Source: Candidatus Polarisedimenticolia bacterium (lineage in GTDB: Bacteria > Acidobacteriota > Polarisedimenticolia > Gp22-AA2). From it: a DNA stretch of 25,807 nt. The notes beneath the pieces are model-generated. The model had not been told where the DNA came from, made no database searches, and was given only the letters and a program-made list of their open reading frames with translations. Position numbers and translations under genes: made by a program. The stretch is taken from assembly GCA_035260145.1 (NCBI GenBank), contig DATFVU010000082.1:1-25807 (forward strand), in the 5' to 3' direction. Of this stretch, positions 14,837 through 23,832 are shown in pieces (position 1 is the stretch's first letter; every line of letters begins with the position of its first letter).

Positions 14837-16736
14837 CCACCCGTCTCTTGGCTCCGATGTCCACGATCCTCGATGCCGAGGCGGCCCGGCCCGGGAGCGC
14901 CGCCTCCGGCTTGTATTCCGAGACCAGAAACCCCAGCCGTGCCAGGGTCTCTTGGGATCTCCCGTCCAGGGCAGCCTCTTCGAGGCCCCGCATCGCCTCC
15001 CATTCCTCCTGCGTCAGGGGCTCCACGCCAGTGAGGACCATGATCTTCTCGTTCGAGGTGCCAAGGGCGTCCTCCGCCTCGTTCTTGAGATCTTCGTGGA
15101 GCTTCTCTCCGGGTCGGAGGCCCGTGAAGACGATCTTGATGTCTTCGTCCACTCTCAGTCCCGATAGTTCGATGAGGTTGCGCGCCAAGTCGAGGATACG
15201 CACCGGCTCTCCCATGCGCAGCAGGAACGTCTCCCCCCCTTCCCCCATCGCGCCGGCGAGGAGAACGAGTTGCACGGCTTCGGGAATCGTCATGAAATAG
15301 CGGGAGGCTTCGGGATGCGTCACGGTGACGGGCCCGCCCGCGGCGATTTGTTTCCGGAAGGTGGGGATGACCGAACCGTCGCTTCCCAGGACGTTGCCGA
15401 AGCGCACCGCCATGAACCGGGTCGGCTCGACGCTCAGGCTCTTCACCAGACGCTCTCCCAGCCGCTTGGTGGCGCCCATGACGCTTGTCGGCCGCACCGC
15501 CTTGTCGGTCGAGACGTAGATGAAGCGATCCACATGCGTGGCGACGGCGATTTCAGCCAGGGAACGGCTGGCGAGGACGTTGTTCTTCACCGCCTCGATC
15601 GGATTCTGTTCCATCAGGGGGACGTGCTTGTACGCGGCCGCGTGGACGACGATCTGCGGCCGCGTTTCCGCGAAAAGCATCGCCATGTGGCGGCGGTCCA
15701 GGATATCCCCCACGACGAACGTCAATCCAAGCAGGGGATGCGCGCCTCGGAGCTCCGCCTCGAGGTAAAACAGGCTGTTCTCGTTCCGATCCAGAAGAAT
15801 CAGGTCCTCGGGTCCCTGAGCGGCGATCTGGCGGGCCAGCTCCCGGCCGATCGATCCCGCGGCGCCGGTCACCAGCACGCGGCGCCCGGTCAGGCTCTGG
15901 CGAAGGGCCTTCTGATCGAGGTTGACCACGTCGCGTCCGAGAAGGTCCTCCAGATCCACCAGCCGGATCTGGTTGAGGCGGGCGGCGCCGCGCTGCACCT
16001 CGCCCCGCGTGGGGACGGTCCGGAAACCGGCGCCCGCGCGACGGCAGATTTCGAAGATGTTTCTCATCACCGCTCCGGCGGCGCCGGGGATGGCGATGAT
16101 CACCTCCCGCACGCCGTAGTCTTCGATGATCCGCTCGAGGTCCCGGGTGCTTCCCAGGACGGCGACGCCATGGATCTTGACCCCCTTTTTCTCCGGGTCA
16201 TCGTCGATGAACCCGATCAAGTTGTACTCCGGATCGGGGTCCTTCATCAGCTCGCGCAGGAGCGCCTCGCCGCTGTCTCCGGCTCCGACGATGAGCGCGC
16301 GGCGTCCGGAGCTGCGCTGCCTGGCCGAGAAGAACTCGAAGTGGAACCGGGGCGCAAGCCGGAGGCCACCCGCGAATATCAGGAGGAGGACCGTGCTCAT
16401 GACCACGACGGCCCGGGAGAGGCCCGTGAAGTCCAGGGCGTAGAACAGCACGATGACACCGAAGGTCCGATAGGCGACCGCCCGCACCAGCCGCAACAGG
16501 TCGCTGAGGCCGGCATATTTCCAGTAACTCTGGTAGAGCCCGGTTGCGTAGAAAATCAGCGGAGTCAGAACGAGATCGAAAAGCAGCAGCTCTTTGTTGC
16601 GATGGGCCTTGAGGGTGATGTCCGACCAGGCGAAATCGAACCTGAGAACAACCGCCAGCAGGTTCGCGAGAAAAATGCACGCAATATCGCCGGCGACGAA
16701 CAGCAGTTTCTTGCGGTTCCTGAACAGATACCTCAT
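14823..16736 (-). CDS. Membrane-bound nucleoside-diphosphate sugar 4,6-dehydratase (CapD/PglF/WbpM family)
   Basis: Four N-terminal TMs, a CoA-binding-like region (LIVGAGDSG, IGFIDDD), then EDLLGRD, VTGAAGSIGRELARQI, HAAAYKHVPLME, STDKAVRPTSVMGATKR, RFGNVLGSDGSVIP and RYFMTIPEAVQLV. Confidence 0.95.
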   Translation of the reverse strand: MRYLFRNRKKLLFVAGDIACIFLANLLAVVLRFDFAWSDITLKAHRNKELLLFDLVLTPLIFYATGLYQSYWKYAGLSDLLRLVRAVAYRTFGVIVLFYALDFTGLSRAVVVMSTVLLLIFAGGLRLAPRFHFEFFSARQRSSGRRALIVGAGDSGEALLRELMKDPDPEYNLIGFIDDDPEKKGVKIHGVAVLGSTRDLERIIEDYGVREVIIAIPGAAGAVMRNIFEICRRAGAGFRTVPTRGEVQRGAARLNQIRLVDLEDLLGRDVVNLDQKALRQSLTGRRVLVTGAAGSIGRELARQIAAQGPEDLILLDRNENSLFYLEAELRGAHPLLGLTFVVGDILDRRHMAMLFAETRPQIVVHAAAYKHVPLMEQNPIEAVKNNVLASRSLAEIAVATHVDRFIYVSTDKAVRPTSVMGATKRLGERLVKSLSVEPTRFMAVRFGNVLGSDGSVIPTFRKQIAAGGPVTVTHPEASRYFMTIPEAVQLVLLAGAMGEGGETFLLRMGEPVRILDLARNLIELSGLRVDEDIKIVFTGLRPGEKLHEDLKNEAEDALGTSNEKIMVLTGVEPLTQEEWEAMRGLEEAALDGRSQETLARLGFLVSEYKPEAALPGRAASASRIVDIGAKRRVDAQA

Positions 16737-16822
16737 CTCGCCGATGGCTCCTGGTTCGAGACCTCCGAGTTCGGTCGGAGCGCGTCGTATGAAGGTCTCG
16801 CTGCTGACGGCTGGATGAGCCT

Positions 16823-16851
16823 TATATACTGTGGTATCAAGGCGTTGTCAA
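16823..16851 (-). promoter_or_regulatory. Candidate sigma70 promoter for the capD-barrel-wza-wzc unit: TTGACA-17 nt-TATATA
   Basis: Consensus -35 at 16851-16846, a 17-nt spacer, and an AT-rich -10 at 16828-16823 (4/6 match) in a 138-bp intergenic region. Confidence 0.65.
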
Positions 16852-16874
16852 CAAGAAACCCCGTCCGGTGCCGC

Positions 16875-18008
16875 TTATTTGCGGGGTTCCCAATACGGCG
16901 TGTCCGTCCCAAGGACATATCTCGCGAGCCCTCGGAACCCGGCGATATTGATGACGGTGAAGTAATACGGAAGGTAAAGGGGCGCACCTCCCCGACCGAA
17001 TCGGCTGGCCAGGAACCCTAGAATGGCGATGCCGTAGAAGGCACCCTGAGCCGCCAGGGCGAAGAGAGACCAGGGGCCCGGAAGAAAGGGAGCCGACAGC
17101 AGGAGGGCCCCGAGGGCCGGGCAGCCTACCCAGCGGAGGATGCGGTGCGACAGGCACTGGTAGGCGATCAGCACGCGGCCGCGACCCAGCCCCTGCGCCA
17201 TCAGCGAAAGCATCGATCGCAATCCGAAGGAGGCGTGCCGCGCGCGCCTGCGCCTCTCGACGTCCTCCCCGGCGGTCTCCTCGGTACAGCGGGCCTCGGG
17301 ATCGTAGATCGCCAGGTATCCCTGGATGGCGATGCGCACCGGGATGACGTCGTCGCAGAACATGAGAGGGTCGACGGGCTTGAAGAGGTTCCTGCGGTAG
17401 GCGTAGATGGCCCCGTTCGCCCCCAGGAGCGAGCCCAGCGAGCTTTCGAGACCCTTGACGACGCCTTCGTAGGCCCAGTACACGCGCTCGCCGCGTCCGG
17501 ACGGGGTGCCCCGGGGGTTGACGTAGAGCAGGCGGCCGCAAACGCATCCCACGCGACGATCGGCGAAGTGCCGGACGAGCCGGCGGACACTCTCCGGCTC
17601 ATACATGGAGTTGGCGTCAGACATGACGACCAGGTCGGTGTCCAGGCCGGGGATGACCTGGTTCAGGCAGGCCACCTTCCCCTGCCGCCCCTGCAGCGCG
17701 TGGAGAATGACTCCTTCACTCCGGAACTCGCGCGCGATCGTCTCGGTCGCGTCCGTCGATCCGTCGCTGACGACATGGATCGTCAGGCGGTCCCCCGGGT
17801 AATCGAGCCCTAGGCTGTTTTCGATCTTGCGGCGGATGATTTTCTCCTCGTTGTAGGCGGAAATGACCAGACTCACCGTCGGCAGCGCGCCATCCCGGGA
17901 ATGCTTCGATCGATCACCGAGCACGAGCCGGAGCAGCCACAGGCTGAGCGGGTAGCCGGCGTACGACTGGAAAAGGACGGCGGCGGCCAGAAGGAACAAC
18001 GCCGTCAT
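16875..18008 (-). CDS. Family 2 glycosyltransferase with TM segments
   Basis: VISAYNEE, VVSDGSTD, GKVACLN, VMSDANS, GANGAIYAYR, FCDDVIPVRI and RRRRARHASFG (related to the QxxRW motif). Confidence 0.9.
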   Translation of the reverse strand: MTALFLLAAAVLFQSYAGYPLSLWLLRLVLGDRSKHSRDGALPTVSLVISAYNEEKIIRRKIENSLGLDYPGDRLTIHVVSDGSTDATETIAREFRSEGVILHALQGRQGKVACLNQVIPGLDTDLVVMSDANSMYEPESVRRLVRHFADRRVGCVCGRLLYVNPRGTPSGRGERVYWAYEGVVKGLESSLGSLLGANGAIYAYRRNLFKPVDPLMFCDDVIPVRIAIQGYLAIYDPEARCTEETAGEDVERRRRARHASFGLRSMLSLMAQGLGRGRVLIAYQCLSHRILRWVGCPALGALLLSAPFLPGPWSLFALAAQGAFYGIAILGFLASRFGRGGAPLYLPYYFTVINIAGFRGLARYVLGTDTPYWEPRK

Positions 18009-18643
18009 GTCTTCGATGGAGAAAGGACGGACCTGACCGTGCCGGCCATCAGACGAAGGTCGTAGAGCAGACCGGCCTTCTTGACGTACTCGAGGTTGAT
18101 CGCCAGCTTTCGGGGGAGGATCTCGCTGACGTAATACGCCTCGCGACGGTCCTCCGCCACGGCACCGAGAAGAGTCTCCTCGTCCCGGAACTGAATCGTC
18201 GCGGGGTCGGTCAGCCCGGGTCTCACACGGAGGATCCTTCGTTGTTCAGGAGTGTAGAGGTCGACGTACCGCGCGACCTCCGGGCGCGGACCCACCAACG
18301 ACATGTCGCCCATGAGCACGTTGACCAACTGAGGGAGCTCGTCCAGCTTGAGGGTGCGCAGGAACCGCCCCAGGCCGGTCACCCGCCGGTCGCCGCACCC
18401 CGTCAACAGGAGCCCCCCTCCCGGGCTCGGGCGCATGGTGCGGAATTTGAAGAGTCGGAAGGGTCGGCCCCCGACGCCGATCCGATCCTGCCTGAACAGA
18501 ATGGGACGACCGGAACTTGCGATCACGGCGACCGCCAGGAGCACGAAGACCGGCGACAGGACCACCAGCGCCAGGGCGCTCAGGACAAAATCGGTTCCTC
18601 GCTTCAGACGCCCCCTGCAGTAGGCTTCTCCCCGCTCCGTCAT
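18005..18643 (-). CDS. Monotopic phosphoglycosyl transferase (PglC/WcaJ-type bacterial sugar transferase)
   Basis: KRGTDF, FRQDRIG, FKFRTM, LDELPQLVNVLMGDMSLVGPRPE and RPGLT. Confidence 0.93.
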   Translation of the reverse strand: MTERGEAYCRGRLKRGTDFVLSALALVVLSPVFVLLAVAVIASSGRPILFRQDRIGVGGRPFRLFKFRTMRPSPGGGLLLTGCGDRRVTGLGRFLRTLKLDELPQLVNVLMGDMSLVGPRPEVARYVDLYTPEQRRILRVRPGLTDPATIQFRDEETLLGAVAEDRREAYYVSEILPRKLAINLEYVKKAGLLYDLRLMAGTVRSVLSPSKT

Positions 18644-19863
18644 CTCCTGTGCCGCGCGACAAGATCCAGCAGCGTCTCAACGACCCTGCCCTGCGCCTGC
18701 AGCGAGAGTCCGGGGTACAGGGGCAGCGATACGGCCCGCGCCGATTCCGCTTCCGTGCGCGGGAAGGATCCGGGCGCATAGCCGAACGTGCGGCGGTAGA
18801 AGGAGTGCAGGTGCAAGGGCTGGAAATGCACGCTCGTTCCGATTCCACGCGCCGCTAGAAGCTCCAGGAGCCTGTCGCGGGCGATGCGAAGCACGCCGGG
18901 TCGCAGACGAAGCACATAGAGATGCCAGGCATGCGTCGAGTGGGCGCGCTCGACGGGCAGATCGAACGCGTCGCTCGCCCGCAGAAGCTCGCTGTATCGG
19001 CGCGCCAGTCGCCGGCGCCTCGTCTGGATTTCACCGAACTTCGCGAACTGTGCCAGGCCGATGGCGGCGGCCACATCGGTCATGTTGTACTTGTAGCCCA
19101 GCTCGACGACATCGTAACGCCACGATCCGGCACGCGTGTAACGCCTCCAGGCGTCGCGCGTCAGTCCGTGCAGGCCGAGACGACGGATCCGCGCGGCCAA
19201 CCGGCCGTCGTCCAGAGTGACCATACCCCCCTCGCCCGTGGCCAGGTTCTTGGTGGCGTAGAAGCTGAAACAGGTCATGTCGGACAGCGACCCGATCGGC
19301 CGGTCGCGGTAGCGCGCCCCGAGGGCATGGGCCGCATCCTCGACGACCGGCAGCCGGCGCCGTCGCGCGATGTCGAGAAGCTCCTCCATGTCGCAGGGAA
19401 GGCCGGCAATGTGCACGGGCAGGATGGCCCGCGTCCGCCGGCCGACGGCCCGCTCCACGGCTTCCGGGTCGATGTTGAGCGTTTCCGGCACGATGTCGGC
19501 GAACACGGGCCGGGCCTTCAGATAGAGGATCGCTTCCGCCGTCGCCGCGAACGTATAGGGACTGGTGATGACCTCGTCTCCGGCGCCGATCCCGGCCGCG
19601 GCGAGGGCGAGGTGCATTCCCGCGGTGCATGAGTTGAGGGCGACGGCGTGTCGCGCTCCGACATATCGGCCCACGGCCTTCTCGAACATCGGGACGCGCG
19701 GTCCGGTCGTGAGCCAGCCCGATCGGATCGCTTTGGCCACCCCATCGACCTCGCGCCGGTCGGTGAAGGGGCGACAGAATGGAATGTAGGCGGCTCGTCC
19801 CCGGGAAGCGTGTCTCGATGCGCGTCCGGGAGGCTCGACCAATCGCTGCGCGCTTCTCGGCAC
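18640..19863 (-). CDS. DegT/DnrJ/EryC1/StrS PLP-dependent sugar aminotransferase
   Basis: GWLTTGP, NSCTAGMHLAL, PVHIAG, EDAAHALG, FSFYATKNLATGEGG (PLP lysine) and LSLPL-like VSLPLYP. Confidence 0.94.
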   Translation of the reverse strand: MPRSAQRLVEPPGRASRHASRGRAAYIPFCRPFTDRREVDGVAKAIRSGWLTTGPRVPMFEKAVGRYVGARHAVALNSCTAGMHLALAAAGIGAGDEVITSPYTFAATAEAILYLKARPVFADIVPETLNIDPEAVERAVGRRTRAILPVHIAGLPCDMEELLDIARRRRLPVVEDAAHALGARYRDRPIGSLSDMTCFSFYATKNLATGEGGMVTLDDGRLAARIRRLGLHGLTRDAWRRYTRAGSWRYDVVELGYKYNMTDVAAAIGLAQFAKFGEIQTRRRRLARRYSELLRASDAFDLPVERAHSTHAWHLYVLRLRPGVLRIARDRLLELLAARGIGTSVHFQPLHLHSFYRRTFGYAPGSFPRTEAESARAVSLPLYPGLSLQAQGRVVETLLDLVARHRR

Positions 19864-19897
19864 GGCTACTCCGAATGGCCGCGGGCCAGGGCGGTGG

Positions 19898-21175
19898 TCA
19901 TGGCAGCGTCTTCTCGAGGGAGTCGCAGGCGTTGTTCGTCACACCCTTGCCACCGTTCAAGCGGGACAACCGGGAGCAGTCCTCCTGCGCTCCGCGCAGG
20001 TTCCTGTGTCGGAGGTGAAACTCCAGAAGCACCGACCACGCCTCCGCGACATTCGGATTCAGGTTGGCGGCCGCGACGAATTGCCTCTCCGCCTCCTTGA
20101 CCTGCCCGCGGGCTTCCAGCGCGGCGCCGAGCGCGTGGAAGATCGTGACTTCTCCATCGGGGGCCTTCTCCCTCGCGGCCTGGAAAGCCACGATCGCGAG
20201 ATCGAGCTGACCCAGATCCATATGGGCCACTCCGGAATAGTAGTCGGGCCATGGATCCTCCGGGCGGATCGCTGACGCGTGCTGCAACGCCTCCAGGGCA
20301 TGCGCGGGGTCCTTGCGCCGGAGCCTGATCCCCGCGATCTCCATATAGGGGTCGTAAGAATGGGGGCTCTCTTCGATGGCCCTCAGCAGATAAGGTTCGG
20401 CGCGTGCGTCCTGGCCGTGCGCGGACAGCAATCGCCCGGCCTCGAGGAGAATGATGTCGCGGGGAACCAGGGACTCGTCGCGCAACGCGTCTTCGAAACC
20501 GCCGATGGCCGCTTCGAGCAGTTCGGGAGCCAGGTCGGGTTTCCAGAGATATCGGTGACTGTCCAGATACGGGAAGGAGGCGACAGAGCGCCGGCAGGAC
20601 GCCGAGGCCTTCTCCATGGCGCCGAATTCGGTATACAGATCCATCAGGAGGTCGTGGTAGATGAAATTCACCGGCTCCAGGCTGGACGCCGCCTCGAGCT
20701 CGGCGATGGCCTTCCTCTCCTCGGGCAACACGTTTTCGAGCGGGTCGTCGGAGAGCGTCGTCAGGTCGAGCACGGTCGCGCGGCGCCTTCGACCCGCCTC
20801 GTGCATCGACACGTCCGACGCGAGGGACCAGTTGTAGGCACGGAAGGGCTTCTCGCGCAGGCGCCTCAGGCTGAGCTTGCGCGCCAGAGGAAGGGCCTGT
20901 TCGGGCGGGAGAGGCGGGACGATCTTGACGCCCGCTTCGGACTGATCAAGCCCGAAAGTGATGAGCTCGATCAGATCGGTCTCGATGGTATCGGGGTTTC
21001 CTCCCCAGGCCAGGGCCCGATGGTACAACGACCAGGCCGCACGATGGTCGTTCCGGAAAAAGGCCCGCTGCGCGCGGACGCGAAGCAGACCGGCCATGGA
21101 ATCGCGCCCGAAATAGATGCTCTCGGCCACCAGCAAAACCAGGAAACTGCTCACGATCAGCGTTTTCTTGATCAC
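19898..21175 (-). CDS. Membrane-anchored or secreted TPR-repeat protein
   Basis: N-terminal hydrophobic segment, then helical repeats with TPR signatures (AEPYLLRAIEESPHSYDPYMEIA, ALEALQHASAIRPEDPWPDYYSG, AERQFVAAANLNPNVAEAW). Start set at GTG 21175 because the ORF-track start at 21217 lies inside the predicted -35 box. Confidence 0.75.
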   Translation of the reverse strand: MIKKTLIVSSFLVLLVAESIYFGRDSMAGLLRVRAQRAFFRNDHRAAWSLYHRALAWGGNPDTIETDLIELITFGLDQSEAGVKIVPPLPPEQALPLARKLSLRRLREKPFRAYNWSLASDVSMHEAGRRRRATVLDLTTLSDDPLENVLPEERKAIAELEAASSLEPVNFIYHDLLMDLYTEFGAMEKASASCRRSVASFPYLDSHRYLWKPDLAPELLEAAIGGFEDALRDESLVPRDIILLEAGRLLSAHGQDARAEPYLLRAIEESPHSYDPYMEIAGIRLRRKDPAHALEALQHASAIRPEDPWPDYYSGVAHMDLGQLDLAIVAFQAAREKAPDGEVTIFHALGAALEARGQVKEAERQFVAAANLNPNVAEAWSVLLEFHLRHRNLRGAQEDCSRLSRLNGGKGVTNNACDSLEKTLP

Positions 21176-21188
21176 GTGTGGAGCCCCG

Positions 21189-21217
21189 AATATACGACGA
21201 CCATGTGATTCTCGCAA
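21189..21217 (-). promoter_or_regulatory. Candidate sigma70 promoter upstream of the TPR gene: TTGCGA-17 nt-TATATT
   Basis: -35 at 21217-21212, a 17-nt spacer, and -10 at 21194-21189. Confidence 0.55.
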
Positions 21218-21245
21218 TCATCCGGGCGTGGCCCGTCACCGCCGC

Positions 21246-22754
21246 TCAGGGACTGGGCCGGGGGCCCTCCTGGCCCACCTCCCGGTCGAGCGCCACCAAG
21301 AGCCCGGCGAGCAGGGCGAAGAGAAAGCCGTTCGAGCCGATCTGAAGATTGAAATCCCCGATCGAGTGAAGTGCGATGCAGAGCAGGGACACCGCGATAC
21401 CCATGCGCAGGATGTCGAAGGGATGGATTCGGCTCCTGAAGGCCGGCCACCAGTAGCGCCGCACGAACACCACGATTCCGGTCAGACAGAGGACCGCGCC
21501 CACGACACCCGTCTCCCAGAGGATCTGCAGGTAGTCGTTGTGCGCCCTGTCCCACCGTCTTGGCGATCCCGGTGGCACGTAGGGGGCGAAGCCGTCCTCG
21601 AAGGTGCCGAGCCCCGACCCCACCCAGAGGTAGTGCGGCAATTCGTGGATTAGGCGCTCCCAGAGCACAAGCCTGAGGCGGAGGGAGGCCTCGCCTTCGA
21701 TGGTGGCGTAGGAAACCAGCTCCCTCTTCCCGCCGGGGCCGATCCAGAGAATGAGGAGAATGACCAGGAGCGGGAGCGCCACGGCCAGGGACCAGGCGAC
21801 ACGGCGCGAACCGATGCGACGCCAGACGATCACGAACAGGATCGCGCCACTCACCACGGTCGAAACGATGCCGCCTCTCGACTTACAGAAGAACAGCGCA
21901 ACCAGAAGGATGACGGCCATGAACGACGCCAGGGCGCCCCGGACCCAGCGACCGATATTCTCGGCGCCCCGCCCCGGGCCCTCACCGCCGCCTTCCGCCG
22001 ATGCGGAGCCATGATGTCGACTCCTGCGAATCTCCATCGTATAGAGCGCCAGGCCGATCGACACCGGGATGATCATCTCGACATATCCCGCGAAGTGATT
22101 GTGATTGACGAATGGACCGAACGCCATGCCGGCTGGAATCCTGCGGACCCAGTAGATCTTGCCGTTCCAGGTCAGAAATTGGACGAGGGCGAACATCGAA
22201 ATCAGAAACCCCGTGATGGTGACGGCCCAAAGAAGAAAGACCACGCGCCCCCGCCGGCCCCAGCTTGATGTCAGGAGGAACAGCGCGCCAAACATCGTCA
22301 GCAGTCGGACGCGCGACCACGTGTCGCGCGGATTGACGCTCACAGGCCGGTTCTCGGAAAGGGCCGGTCCCCCTGAAATCGCGCCGGCGGCGAGGGCGGT
22401 CTCCGCCGTCCCGATCAGCGCGGGCTCACGAGGGCCGGCGTACATGCGGGCCGAACCAGGCGACAGCCGCTGCAGTATCCACGGAGGAAGGGGCAGGGTT
22501 TGAAGGGCGCAGAACAGGATGAACAGGGCGAGCGGAAACTCCATTCCCGTCCAGGCATCGCCCGCAGGCCGCGGCCCTTCCCGTTCGGGCCACAGCCTGC
22601 CCAGGCAGAAGACGAGCGCCAGGGTCGCCACACCCCACTCCATGAGGGCGATCGCCCAGGGCTCGACCGTCCCGAAGGCGAGGGGCGTGAAGATGATGAG
22701 TCCCACGAGCCCCCAGCCCGTCACTCGATCGCAGACTTCGGGGAGCAAACCCAT
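21246..22754 (-). CDS. O-antigen ligase / Wzy_C family membrane protein
   Basis: About 12 TM segments with GPFVNHNHFAGY, SRGG, WVGSGLGTF and RAHNDYLQILWETG (the conserved His of WaaL/PglL-type proteins). Confidence 0.88.
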   Translation of the reverse strand: MGLLPEVCDRVTGWGLVGLIIFTPLAFGTVEPWAIALMEWGVATLALVFCLGRLWPEREGPRPAGDAWTGMEFPLALFILFCALQTLPLPPWILQRLSPGSARMYAGPREPALIGTAETALAAGAISGGPALSENRPVSVNPRDTWSRVRLLTMFGALFLLTSSWGRRGRVVFLLWAVTITGFLISMFALVQFLTWNGKIYWVRRIPAGMAFGPFVNHNHFAGYVEMIIPVSIGLALYTMEIRRSRHHGSASAEGGGEGPGRGAENIGRWVRGALASFMAVILLVALFFCKSRGGIVSTVVSGAILFVIVWRRIGSRRVAWSLAVALPLLVILLILWIGPGGKRELVSYATIEGEASLRLRLVLWERLIHELPHYLWVGSGLGTFEDGFAPYVPPGSPRRWDRAHNDYLQILWETGVVGAVLCLTGIVVFVRRYWWPAFRSRIHPFDILRMGIAVSLLCIALHSIGDFNLQIGSNGFLFALLAGLLVALDREVGQEGPRPSP

Positions 22755-22778
22755 GCCTCGTTCCTACGCGACAGGCGC

Positions 22779-23831
22779 CTAGCGTTTCGGAAGATGACGA
22801 GCGACCGACCGGACCTGCTGAGCCGCCTCGCGATGACAGATCAGCAGGGTGTTCTCCGAGCGGACCGCGATCAGATCGTGGACGCCCACGAAGACCGTGA
22901 GACCCGCCTCGTTGACCCCGAGACAGCCCGAGGAATCGACGGCCACAGTCCGCCCGATTCCGCCGTTGTTCAATTGATCGCGCGGCAGGATCTCTCCCAG
23001 AGCGGCCCAGTTGCCGAGATCGGACCACCGGAAGGGGGCGCGCATCACCAGCGTTCGACTCGACCTTTCGAGGACGGCTTTGTCGATCGGCGAAGCCGGG
23101 ACGCGTCGCAGGACGGCGGCGGGCACGGTCCACGCCCCCGTGAGGCGATCGCGCGCCCACGACTCCAGAGGACGCAGGATGTCCGGGCGGTGCCGGCCCA
23201 GTTCTTCCAGAATCGACGCCGACCGCCAGACGAAAATTCCGCTGTTCCAGTCATAGCGTCCGCTGCGCACCATGCGTCGCGCCGCGGCCGCGGCCGGCTT
23301 TTCGACGAATTCGGACACGCGGCGCACGCGCGGCGCGACCGGGCGCCCGACGGGCCGGATGTACCCGAACCCTGTGTCCGGCCGCCGCGCCGGAATTCCG
23401 ATTGTCAGCAGCGCGCCGCTGCGCGCCGCGATCCGTGCCGCGTCGCGAATGGCGGAGCGAAACACTCCCACCGGCGCGACGAAGTGGTCCGAAGGCAGGA
23501 CGACCATGACCCCCTCGGCGCACCGCGACCGAATCCAGAGGGCCGCGGTGGCCACCGCCGCCGCGGTGTTCCGACCCATCTCCTCGAGCACGATCCGGTC
23601 CGTGGCCACTTCGGGCGCCTGGCGACGGACCCACTTGCGATGCGCCGCGCCGGCCACCACCAGGACCCGGTCCGGACCCGACACCGGTGCGATTCGCTCA
23701 TACGTGAGACGGAACGTGCTCTTCCCCCGAAACAGGGGCAGGAACGGCTTGGGGTTGTCGCCCCCCGTCAGCGGCCAAAGGCGCGTCCCGGAGCCGCCGG
23801 CGAGGATCACCGCGAAAGTCGGGGGCATCAT
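22779..23831 (-). CDS. manC: Mannose-1-phosphate guanylyltransferase (no cupin/isomerase domain)
   Basis: VILAGGSGTRLWP, PKPFL, LEEMGRNTAAA, LPSDH, TGFGYI, FVEKP, WNSGIF, IDKAVLE and WSDLGNW. Start at ATG 23831 or 23828, directly after the GT2 stop. Confidence 0.92.
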   Translation of the reverse strand: MMPPTFAVILAGGSGTRLWPLTGGDNPKPFLPLFRGKSTFRLTYERIAPVSGPDRVLVVAGAAHRKWVRRQAPEVATDRIVLEEMGRNTAAAVATAALWIRSRCAEGVMVVLPSDHFVAPVGVFRSAIRDAARIAARSGALLTIGIPARRPDTGFGYIRPVGRPVAPRVRRVSEFVEKPAAAAARRMVRSGRYDWNSGIFVWRSASILEELGRHRPDILRPLESWARDRLTGAWTVPAAVLRRVPASPIDKAVLERSSRTLVMRAPFRWSDLGNWAALGEILPRDQLNNGGIGRTVAVDSSGCLGVNEAGLTVFVGVHDLIAVRSENTLLICHREAAQQVRSVARHLPKR

Positions 23832-23832
23832 G

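Noticed and set aside
16737-16874. ops/JUMPStart (RfaH) element ahead of the polysaccharide genes
   Set aside because: No GGCGGTAG motif in this or the other intergenic leaders I read.
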